This document shows, one piece after another, positions 11,863 to 22,254 of a DNA stretch of 38,422 bases (position 1 is its first letter; the number at the start of each line of letters is the position of its first letter). This DNA comes from Octopus sinensis (Eukaryota), in NCBI RefSeq assembly GCF_006345805.1, contig NW_021831894.1, positions 1-38,422 on the forward strand, in the 5' to 3' direction. Both the position numbers and the translations under genes were made by a program. The notes under the pieces were generated by a model. The model searched no databases, was not told where the DNA came from, and saw only the letters and a program-made list of their open reading frames with translations.

Positions 11863-11865
<3 letters not shown>
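11545..11865 (-). mobile_element. Family C tRNA-derived SINE
   Basis: Reverse complement begins gtgaaggagcatagctgagtggttagag (A box)...gagttcgattccc (B box)...ttcttgagcaagacacttcat. Confidence 0.85.
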
Positions 11866-11910
<45 letters not shown>

Positions 11911-12133
11911 AACATACATATATATGTGTATGTATATATACATGCATATACATACATACATACATATATAATATATACACACATACATTTATACAACCAT
12001 TCATACAGACTTACATTACACAGACATATGTGTGTCTGTGTGTCTGTGTGTGTATATCTAGATATATATATATTCACACATGCTTACATAACCCACATAT
12101 ACACATACATTCACAAATATATGCTGCTGCTGT

Positions 12134-12193
<60 letters not shown>

Positions 12194-12215
12194 TGCTGCT
12201 TCTGCTTCTGCTGCT
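11866..12215. repeat. (TA)n / (CA)n / (CTA)n microsatellite patchwork
   Basis: Direct reading. Confidence 0.85.
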
Positions 12216-13102
12216 AGTCCCATACCACCCGGCCTTTCCAACACCGATAGCGTGTCTTGTCAGTAGCTGCTGGAAATACGGATTTCTCGCTGGGATTTTC
12301 CATCCCATACTTTCGGCGAATCTTGATGGAAGCGTGTCTCTTCTTATTTAGCTATTATTGCAATTGTTATTGTTTTTGCTAAAATATTTTTGTTCTTTTA
12401 ATTCTTAGTATTTATGTAAGTCACGTTGTTGTTGTTGTTATTATTGCTGCTACCGTTGTTCACTTTGTTGTATAACTCCCTCCCATTTTTTTTTAATTCC
12501 CTTCCCCAGCTTTCGTATTTGTTAAAGTAGCCCCCTCCCCATCCACTGCCCGTTCGTTGTTGTATGGCTCTTATTGTTGTGTTTCAATTGCCGCTGATAG
12601 TGTGATGCCTTGAGGTCTCTATTTGATGTAACTATTTTCTTGTTATTTATATTATTACGCTTTTCGTTTAGCTCCTGATCGGCACTGATCGTTCAGACCA
12701 AATGACCAAAGATCTTCCACTCCTGACACACGCCCGTTTTTCTTTCCTTTTCATTATTATTTTTTTTTTTACAAGCATAATAGATCAATGACTGCATCAC
12801 TAGATGCGTGGTTTCTCTTTAAAAATTAACAAGAAATTCTTAACAAATGAACACAGAGGTAACAACAAAACAAACGAAGGGTTTGAAATGAGAAGAATTT
12901 GGTTTTCAGTACAGTGTTTCGCAACCATTTTTGCCTATGGAATCACTTGATTCCTGTTTTACTTGGATGCACCCTCCTAGCCATCCGATGTTTAAAACAT
13001 ATCGCTTATAATTAAATATTATAAGGAATTGTACAAAAACAAAAAACAAAAAAACATTAGAATAGTTTGTGTATTGAAGACATAAAACCAATTCATTATA
13101 TT

Positions 13103-13367
13103 TTATCTTTTAATAGTCTCAGTTATTAGACACCGGTTATGCTGGGGCACCGCCTTGAAGAATTTTTTGCTGAATGAATTGAGGAATAATTTTTGAAGGC
13201 CTAGTACTTATTCTATCAGCTTCTTGCCGAAACGCTAGGTTATGGAGACGTAAACACACCAACACTCGTTGTTAAGCGATGATGGGGAACAAACACAGGC
13301 AGAAAGACACACTTTCATAAATACACACACACACACGTTCTTTATCTCCCTAATATACACACACATA

Positions 13368-13455
<88 letters not shown>

Positions 13456-13563
13456 CACACACACACACAAACGATGAGCTTCTTTCAGTTTCCGTTTACC
13501 AAATCCACTCACGAGGCTTTGGCCAGCCTGACGCTATAATAGAAGACACTTGCTCAAGGTGCA
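13103..13563 (-). mobile_element. Family B SINE lacking its head, with an internal (CA)n
   Basis: gctggggcaccgcc, tacttattctatc and tttcagtttccgtttaccaaatccactcac...agaagacacttgctcaaggtgc. Confidence 0.85.
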
Positions 13564-13680
13564 AGTGAGATCGATGGAATAAGTACCAGGCTTAAAATAA
13601 GATTTGTCGACTAAAATCTCTTGAAGACGGTGCCCCAGCATGGCCGCAGGCTAATGACTGAAATAAGTAAAAGATAAAAG
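13564..13680 (+). mobile_element. Family B SINE 3' tail fragment
   Basis: gaataagtaccaggctt...cggtgccccagcatggccgcag...tgactgaaataagtaaaagataaaag. Confidence 0.8.
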
Positions 13681-13909
13681 ACGCATATGCGTGTGAGCGT
13701 GTGCGCGTGTGTGTATAGTTACAGATACACATAAATATATAATACTCTATATGGATTGCGCCCAATCTATAACGCCGGCTTCAATGTTTTAGCTCTTTAG
13801 TAGTTCTTTAACCATTTTAGTTGAAAAAATCAGCCCCAGTACTTATTCTATGTAAGACTGTTACTTATTCTATCGGTCTCTTTTACTGAGCCATTGAATT
13901 ACGGGGACG

Positions 13910-14140
13910 GGAAGGTGTTTATAAGCCATTTAAAAACACACATTCAGTAGGAAGTTTGTCAGTGAACAAGTTGCGGTTGTTAACGACGAAAATATTTTGA
14001 CAAATTAAATCTAAATGTTGAAGTGAACCTAACGGTTTGTGTTTTTAAATGGCCCATAAACACATTCCACGCTGCAATTGTTTTTGTTTCAGCACACGAT
14101 CTCAGATCTGGTCACTTGCTTTGTAAGTACATCTCCGTAA
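13910..14140. mobile_element. Short element with a 31-bp inverted repeat, ending at (TA)n; possibly a Penelope-like relic
   Basis: 13910-13940 ggaaggtgtttataagccatttaaaaacaca versus 14038-14068 tgtgtttttaaatggcccataaacacattcc (28/31 complementary). Confidence 0.5.
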
Positions 14141-14601
14141 TATATATATAAAGAATACAAAAGGAACAAGAACTCAACAGGCGACAAGACATCCAGACAG
14201 ATGATACAAAAAATGACAAGAAAAAACAAGGACGGGTCATTCAGAGTTTTCTTTCGTCAGTCGAGTTCCAGGTTATCTTTGAATTTTCGGCTGGTTATAC
14301 TCGAGACTGCTCCAATGTGGCCATATGTATATATATTCACCCCACCAGGTCAAAGAGGGGAAGACCACCCACAATTACATCAGCAGTGACGAAAAGCACC
14401 GCAGAGCACTGGAGTGGCTGGACCATACCCAACCAAGATCCTGAGAACAACAGTCAGATGGATGAAAAGAATGATTGAACATGCAATAGGCGCTAACATA
14501 AGGACCACCTTGACGAACATAGTAAAGTTTAACAGGAAACTATACATAGAGGCTCAAGGTGCAGCGATTGGTGTATATATATATATATATACACATATAT
14601 A

Positions 14602-14653
<52 letters not shown>

Positions 14654-14674
14654 TACCAATCGCTATGTATATAC

Positions 14675-14815
14675 ACGACGGGCGTCTTTCAGTTTCTGTC
14701 AACTAAATCCACTTACAAGGCTTTGGTCAGCCCGTGGGTATATTAGAGGACATGTGCCCTAGGTCCCACGCAGTGAGTCTGGACATGGAACCATGTGATT
14801 GGGCAGCAAACTTGT
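14675..14815 (-). mobile_element. Family B SINE 5' part
   Basis: cgacgggcgtctttcagtttc...ggaaccatgtgattgggcagcaaactt. Confidence 0.8.
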
Positions 14816-14929
14816 GTGTATTATGCATAAGTAATTGCCTTTGTGTCCACTTGTACAAAAAGGCTCTATCGACATCGGATTACTTTTAGTGAAAAATTAA
14901 CTTAACCATTCGCCAAAGGGAGAACAACA

Positions 14930-15035
14930 ATACAAGTACCAGACTAAAAATAAGTACAAGGGTTTTGATAGGATTCCTTAAAATGTTGGAAAGCGCTGTT
15001 TCAGCATGGCCGCAATTTGTTTGCTGAAACAAAGT
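14930..15035 (+). mobile_element. Family B SINE tail fragment
   Basis: aagtaccagact...cagcatggccgcaatt...ctgaaacaaagtaaa. Confidence 0.6.
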
Positions 15036-15389
15036 AAATATTGTAAATATAATAAAGAGAGCAACTAAATGAAATGGCTTCAGAGAAGAAATATAAGCAT
15101 TTTAATGCTAAGTAGTGTAATACGAAATATCCTTCCTGCTTTTCATCTGTTAATTGTTCAAGCAATTTCTGCACTCTAAATGCGCAACCTGGGTGCATTT
15201 TACAGAATTTAATGCGAACATAAGTCAACGTAAATGTGAATGAGACAATCCGAGCATTAACTTGTGGCTTGTAAAAGTCTAAAAGAATTTGCCAAATACG
15301 TTTAACCCACCATATAAACGAATTAAATGTAAGCTTAATAGAAAAATCCCTTGTTTAAATCGGTATTATAAACTGAAATGAAAAACACA

Positions 15390-15427
15390 AATGATAATAA
15401 TGATGATGACGGTAATAATGACGATGG

Positions 15428-15458
<31 letters not shown>

Positions 15459-15582
15459 AATAGTGGTGGTGGAGGTGACCGGGTTGTGTGCTGTAACAAT
15501 GTTGATGGTGGTTTTGGTGGTAGATGTGGTTTAGGCGGGAGTAGTATGTAGTGGTAGTGGTGATAGTGATGATGATGATGAA

Positions 15583-15633
<51 letters not shown>

Positions 15634-15752
15634 GGTGACAGTAGTAATATTGGTGATGGTGGTGGTAGTGACGACGAGGACGACGACGATGATGACGACT
15701 ACGAAGATGATGATGATGTGGTGGTGGTCATTATGATGCTGATGGTGATGAT
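15390..15752. repeat. (GAT)n/(GGT)n compound trinucleotide repeat
   Basis: Direct reading. Confidence 0.9.
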
Positions 15753-16221
15753 TTCGCAAATCAGCACGAAGTCGAAGGAAGCTGAGGTAATTATTTCGAT
15801 CCAGAACAAAACACCACGCAATACTTTGCAATGACATACGATTATTTTACTGGAGAGCGCTGGAATGCTTACGCGAACCCCCCACCGCTACCTCAACCCA
15901 CATATACACGCACAAACCTCCGCATGTGCAACTACATATAAACACATATGTGCATACATGCACATTGCATTTACATGCATACAGACATGGATATATGTAT
16001 ATGTGTATATTTTTACGTACGTAGATAAAATACAATTATATAGATATTTAAATAAATGTTTATTTCAGATATACTACTGAATCCGTTTTAACAAGCACAG
16101 GTTCCAGCTTTTAGTATACTTATATATTTAATTTACTTTATACATTCATTTGAGGAAACATCCGTCTGTTTCTCTCCCATCCTCTTACTCTCCGTCCGTC
16201 TGTCTCTCTCTCTCTGTCTCA

Positions 16222-16230
16222 CTCAGTGTA

Positions 16231-16308
<78 letters not shown>

Positions 16309-16318
16309 TTATATATAT
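16222..16318. repeat. (CA)n(TA)n microsatellite
   Basis: Direct reading. Confidence 0.95.
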
Positions 16319-16499
16319 CAAGTTTATAGAAAAATAAAGACGAAGAAAGATATAGGAACAACAAGCAAATGAATTAGTTTGACGCTCAGGAAAATGGAAA
16401 AGTTTTTCACATTGTGAGGCTACGCTCTTCGACAGTTGGGAATAAGATGAAATAAATAGAAAGAGGATAAAAAAAGACGTGATGTATATATATATATAC

Positions 16500-16740
16500 G
16501 TCTTTGATGAAGGGATATATAAAATATCCCGGAAACAGCTGCAAGACCTTCTCTTTATAAATGTTCTGAAAAATATTCACAGCTTTGAATTTTTTCTTTA
16601 TCTCATTCTGTGAAGTTTTACGTTGGACTCCTCATTCCTATCATTATCGAACCTAGAGCTTAACTGTAGTCTGTCCATAGCACTTACTCAGCATTACTAG
16701 ATATCTTTGGGTCTTCTTGACGCCAATACCTCTCATACCC
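16500..16740 (+). mobile_element. (TA)n-flanked short element starting with a degenerate type I hammerhead motif (Penelope-like relic)
   Basis: GUCU-UUGAUGA-A-GGGAUAU(auaaa)AUAUCCC-G-GAAACAGCUGC-A-AGAC: stems I and II intact, core mutated at C3 and U16.1. Confidence 0.55.
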
Positions 16741-16994
16741 TATATATATATGTGTGTGTGTGTGTGTGTAACAGCTTAGTAGCATGTACTATTAGCCTTT
16801 TGTTAATTGTTTTATTTGTCTATTAGTCACAACAAGCAGACATATTTTTATGACCCTTTTTTTACCCGGTGGCACATGCAGGCTGTAAGGGCTATAGAAT
16901 AAGATGGAGAAGGCATTAGAATCTAGCTGATGCGCATTTCAAACACCAGATACTAAATCAGTGTAAAACAAAGTTCAACGACCCCATGCTCCCT

Positions 16995-17068
16995 CCGGGT
17001 CCGGAATTGAACTCGTAGCATTATAATCGCTAACCGAACATCCTAACCATTAGGCCATTTCCCTTCAC
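16995..17068 (-). mobile_element. Family C SINE head fragment
   Basis: ccgggtccggaattgaactc...taaccattaggccatttcccttcac. Confidence 0.7.
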
Positions 17069-17687
17069 GACTGGTTTTAGAGGGGTCCATATTTCAGAAA
17101 GAGAAAAATGTCAATGCTTGAACTAATAATTTTTGTTGCTACTGTTGTTGTTGTTATAGTGTATCTCCAGGTCGGTCGTGATTGAGCAAACCTAGAACCA
17201 AAAGACGTTACGGCCATGGACATCTCATTTCTTAATCAAGCATTGTGTATACAAAATTACATCGTCAAAACGTACATCTTTTGTTTCTTTATAAGATGAT
17301 AAGCAAGAATTTGTGGGGGATTTAGTCCCTATTTTTAGCATGTACATTTACTACGTTATCTTGATAACTAATAATAATTATTATTGTAATAATTAACAAA
17401 GGTAGAAGAAGCCGCCATGTTGTATCAAAATATATATAACATTAATATGTTAGAATACGAAAGCAAAGTGGCATGCTGGCTTTCAGGTATTCACTCGTTC
17501 TTAGCCTCTTTGGGTACAGGACTTATCGGTGGTTTTCCCCTTGCACTAAAGCTTACTGCATACTATGAGGGATCCTGAGCACTTACACTAAAAGTGTTGC
17601 TTCTCTCGAGCGACTAAACTACTGGGAGTGATTAAAAGATTTAGAAGGTTTGGTTCCCTGAATGTGCAAAGGGAATGATGTACAATC

Positions 17688-17760
17688 ATATACATACATA
17701 CATGCATAATAAATACATACATACATACATAATACATACATACATACATGCATACGTATG

Positions 17761-17815
<55 letters not shown>

Positions 17816-18117
17816 GCAAACGCACACGTAAATGCATGGACGCATACATATATCCATGCATACATACATACATACATACGTATACACATACGTACACAAC
17901 CATAAATATATTATATATATATATATATATGCACATAGAGAAATACATGCTTACATGTACGCATGTATACACGCGCACGTATATGTTAATTTATATTATA
18001 TTTGAGTATGTAAGAATGCAACGAAAATATACTTATAAGTCATTTTAGTCGAGTAATAAATACATGGCTGCGTGTACATAAATATATATATGTATGTATG
18101 CATATATATTATATATC

Positions 18118-18163
<46 letters not shown>

Positions 18164-18195
18164 GTGTTTATATATATATGTGTTTATATATATAT

Positions 18196-18232
<37 letters not shown>

Positions 18233-18342
18233 CTATATATATATATATATACATACATACATACATACATACAATATATATACATATATACACAATAATA
18301 TATATGTATGCCGATATATGTATACATGTATATATATATATG

Positions 18343-18380
<38 letters not shown>
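17688..18380. repeat. (CATA)n/(TA)n/(TG)n microsatellite field
   Basis: Direct reading. Confidence 0.9.
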
Positions 18381-18383
<3 letters not shown>

Positions 18384-18503
18384 TATATAGAAGGAGCTTC
18401 TACAGGACTAGTACTGTTTCATTCAAGAAAATCTTCAGGAAGCTTCCTGAAGATTTCTCTTGAATGAAAGTACTAGTCCTGTAGAAGCTCCTTCTATATA
18501 ATA
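18381..18503. repeat. Loopless palindrome of about 123 bp centred on AAGCTT (18440-18445)
   Basis: tattatatagaaggagcttctacaggactagtac...tcttcaggaag|cttcctgaaga...gtactagtcctgtagaagctccttctatataata; the arms differ by two small indels. Confidence 0.95.
18395..18444 (-). ncRNA. Candidate type I hammerhead ribozyme
   Basis: Minus strand reads AGCUUC-CUGAAGA-UUUUCUUGAAU-GAA-ACAG(UACUAGUC)CUGU-A-GAAGCU: 6-bp stem I, intact CUGANGA and GAAA core, stem III ACAG/CUGU, GUA cleavage triplet; stem II is weak. Confidence 0.6.
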
Positions 18504-18574
18504 ATTAATTTTACTCTGCTATGTATTGAGTACCTTACTTACTGTGTGTTAACCCGGATCAACCCGGGACCTAC

Positions 18575-18575
18575 A

Positions 18576-18610
<35 letters not shown>

Positions 18611-18659
18611 TATATATATATATATATATAATATATATATTATATATATATATATATAT

Positions 18660-18746
<87 letters not shown>
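18575..18746. repeat. (TA)n(GATA)n microsatellite
   Basis: Direct reading. Confidence 0.95.
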
Positions 18747-19208
18747 TTCATATATTCATATGTCTGTGTGTGAAAGATGTGCACGTATGAATGTATATAA
18801 GTTACACACACACACTCATGCACGCACGCACACATACACACATATTCATACGCATGTCTTTACTTATATTTAATCCAACTATATAAGTGTGTTCCTAATC
18901 TGTCTTATATAAGTGTGTAATATTCTTCTATTCAGCTAAGCACGGTTGCGTGTTCAAGTACAAAGTGGCTCTTTCTCAGAGAAATCCTACAAATGGTATT
19001 TAGTTTTACCTAATTTATTTCTCCATTGATTCCTGCCGAGCATGCACATGGATCAGATTTTTACCTGTAGCATAGCGATTGGTTTATATGTATATATGTG
19101 TGTGAGTGTATATGTATGGGGGCGGTGGCAGAGGCTTGTGAGTGTTATTGAGTGTGTGTGTGTATAAATATATATATATATCTATATATACATAGATCGA
19201 TATAAAAA

Positions 19209-19248
<40 letters not shown>

Positions 19249-19310
19249 ATATATAGGTGGATAGATAAATAAATAGATCGACATATAGATAGATAGATAG
19301 ATAGATAGAT

Positions 19311-19368
<58 letters not shown>

Positions 19369-19391
19369 ACGACAAATAGGTATATAGATAA

Positions 19392-19522
19392 GTTTCTTTA
19401 TTGGCCACACAGGGCTGCACGCAGATGGGACAACTTACAAGGTAGAGCTTTTCTTTTGGTGGAGAAAAAAAAAAGGTGGCGTAGGTTTTCGATCAAAAGG
19501 GATCGTAAAAGGGAAAAAAGGG
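19392..19522 (-). mobile_element. Probable LINE 3' UTR end (Tx1/L1-like) embedded in (GATA)n
   Basis: Reverse complement ends ttgtcccatctgcgtgcagccctgtgtggccaataaagaaac, similar to the long tail of family A SINEs; (TCTA)n lies on both sides. Confidence 0.5.
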
Positions 19523-19774
19523 TATATAGATAGATAGGTATATATATAGATAGGTATATAGATAGATAGATTGACAAGTAGATGGATAGGTAAATATACA
19601 TATACATATATGCACATATTTATGTATATTTATACAAATATACACATACACATACAAACATAGTTGTATATGCATTTATTCATACATATATTTATATATA
19701 ATTTATGTATATATTATCCAATCTATCTGTGTGTCTGTCTATCCGTCTATCTATAAATATTTATATATCTTTTA

Positions 19775-19950
19775 TCTTTTATCTTTACTTGTTTCAGTCA
19801 TTATAATGCAACCATCCTGGGGTACCGCCTTGAATCGGAAATAGTGGACCCCAGTACTAGTATTGTTTAAAGTCAGGTACTCATTCTGTCTGAATCTTTT
19901 GTTGAAACGTTAAGTGACGGTGACATGAACACACCCACACGGGTGTGGGA
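19775..19950 (-). mobile_element. Family B SINE 3' part
   Basis: tttacttgtttcagtcatt...ctggggtaccgccttgaa...gaccccagtact. Confidence 0.75.
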
Positions 19951-20199
19951 CAAAGGACTTTTTGAACCAGACAGCTACAACACTATGTGCCATGTTCTGT
20001 TTTGGTTTTGCATTTTCTTTTCTTTTAATAAGAATTGTTTGCAGAGCCAAGAGGTGTAAATGAAATATAAATTAAATCGAATATATGGAACACCTGTGCG
20101 TGAAATTCCACCCCATTCATTTCCTATGTTGCAATAAAAGAATGTAATAATCACCAGTACTTTTATTGCATTCTTACACTGCCTTAATAAACTCATTTC

Positions 20200-20420
20200 T
20201 TATTTCTTTATTGCCCACAAGGGTTTAAACATAGAGGGGGCAAACAAGGACAGACATCGACCCCAGTGCATAATTGGTACTTAATTTATCGATTCCCGAC
20301 CCGAAAGGGATGAAAGGCAAAGTCGACCTCGGCGGAATTTGAACTCAGAACGTAGCGGCAGACAAAATACCGCTAAGCATTTCACCTGGCGTGCTAACGT
20401 TTCTGCTAGCTCGCCGCCTT
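20200..20420 (-). mobile_element. Family A SINE (long tail)
   Basis: tatttctttattgcccacaaggg...gatgaaaggcaaagtcgacctcggcggaatttgaactcagaacg...gctagctcgccgcc. Confidence 0.92.
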
Positions 20421-20509
20421 CATAATAAACTCATTTCTATTCACCTTCTAATTATACTCTTAAGGTTGTTGAATTTTCTATTTTATTAACAATATCCAGC
20501 TGTAAAAAT

Positions 20510-20870
20510 ACTCAACCCCAGTGTTTCACTGATCATTAATTTATCGACCCCGAAGGGAATGAATACCAACGTCGACCTCCCTAGTGGTATATGAACTCAG
20601 GACATAAATACGAATGAAATTCCACTAAGCTTTCTGCTCGGCGTTCTCTGTTCTCCATGTGCTGAATATTGGTTTCTGATTTTGGCACTCAAGGTCAGAA
20701 ATTTCGGTGAAAGGGTTAAGTTGTTTACATCGACTGCAGTGCTCAATTGGTACTCATTTTAACGACTGAGAAAGATGAAAGACAAAGTCGATCTCGGCGG
20801 CATTTGAACTGAGGACCTAACCGTAAAGCAAATTGCTCGGCGTGGTAACGATTCTACCAGCTCGTCGCTT
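20510..20870 (-). mobile_element. Two older family A SINE copies (about 20510-20645 and 20670-20870)
   Basis: atttatcgaccccgaaggg...tgaactcag; gatgaaagacaaagtcgatctcggcggcatttgaact...ccagctcgtcgc. Confidence 0.75.
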
Positions 20871-20984
20871 TACTATGTGTGAATATTATTAAGACATGGC
20901 GGGGTTCTCGGAATGCCTTTATCTGCATGTCCGTTTTAAATAATTCTCAAGGCATCTATTATTATAGGGGTTATTTTTGAAGCC

Positions 20985-21425
20985 AGGACGTAATGACAAA
21001 CGAAATACCTATTTCTTTACTACCCACAAGGGGCTAAACACAGAGGGGTAAAACTAGGACAGACACACGGATTAAGTCGATTATATCGACCCCAGTGCGT
21101 AACTGGTACTTATTTAATCGACCCCGAAATGATGAAAGGCAAAGTCAACCTCAGCGAAATTTGAACTCAGAACTAGTGGCAGACGAAATAACTATTTCTT
21201 TACTACCCACAAGGGGCTAAACACAGAGAGGACAAACAAGGACAGACAAATGGATTAAGTCGATTACATCGACCCCAGTGCGTAACTGGTACTTAATTTA
21301 TCGACCCCGAAAGGATGAAAGGCAAAGTCAACCTCGTCGGAATTTGAACTCAGAACGTAACGGCAGACGAAATGCCGCTAGACATTTCGCCCGGCGTACT
21401 AACGTTTCTGCTAGCTCGCCGCCTT
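20985..21425 (-). mobile_element. Family A SINE multimer (one head, two bodies and a stub)
   Basis: Unit tatttctttactacccacaagggg...gacgaaat is repeated at about 21009-21190 and 21192-21373; single head at 21374-21425. Confidence 0.9.
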
Positions 21426-21459
21426 CACCCCCTTCATGATGATAATAATAATAATCCTT

Positions 21460-21915
21460 TCTATTTTAGGTACAAGGCCTGAAGTTTTGAGAAAGGGGAC
21501 TAGTCGATTACAAAGACCCCGCTTTCCAGTGTTTCACTGGTACTTAATTTTTCGACCCTGAAAGGCAAAGTCGATCTCGGCTGAATTTGAACTCGGAACG
21601 TAGTAACGAGCGAAATATCCCTAAGTATTTCGCCCAGCGAACTATCGATTCTGCCAGCTCAGCTGACCGCCTTATGTAACAGCAACAATATTAAGAGGAA
21701 GAATAGTACCAATAATGGCTTTAAATTTTGGCACAAAGCCAGCAATTTTAATAGGGGTGGTTAGTCGATTATATCGACCTCATTGCTCAACGGACAATTT
21801 TTATTGACACAGATAGGAGGAAAGATAAAAGTGACCTGAGCAGAATTTGAACTCAGAACTTAAAAAACCGGAACTGTTACTGTACATTTTGTCCGACACA
21901 GTGACGGTTCTGCCG
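21460..21915 (-). mobile_element. Two further family A SINE copies (about 21460-21672 and 21715-21915)
   Basis: aaaggcaaagtcgatctcggctgaatttgaactcggaacg; gcagaatttgaactcagaac. Confidence 0.8.
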
Positions 21916-22202
21916 AATTATAAGCAATACAAAGGATGAAGAACTAAAAGAAAAACAGAACTGAAAAGAAGGCAAGGTAGGATGGCTACCAAGAGGAGGG
22001 TGAGTTATTGGAGAATGAGGAGGTGGAGGAGGAGGAGGAAGAGTGGTGAGTAGTAGTAGTAGTAGAAGCAGTTGTTGATGTTTTAGTAACGCTGTTGTGG
22101 AGTTAAAAAAAGAATTGGTTGCACAAAAAAAGGAGAGAGAAAGGGAGAATGAAGAAAGGGAAGGAAGAGATCGAAACACAAAGAGAATACATGATAGCGA
22201 GA

Positions 22203-22236
<34 letters not shown>

Positions 22237-22254
<18 letters not shown>

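Noticed and set aside
14335-14572. Possible LINE ORF1 fragment or host exon (77-aa ORF)
   Set aside because: No recognisable motif or clear splice sites, and the ORF runs into (TA)n
17460-17680. Possible LINE 5' end (RFGSLNV resembles an APE endonuclease N-terminus)
   Set aside because: Only a few residues of similarity, which is insufficient without a database search
21160-21210. Hammerhead at the SINE multimer junction (retrozyme hypothesis)
   Set aside because: GAAA and a small hairpin are present, but there is no CUGANGA core at a suitable position on either strand
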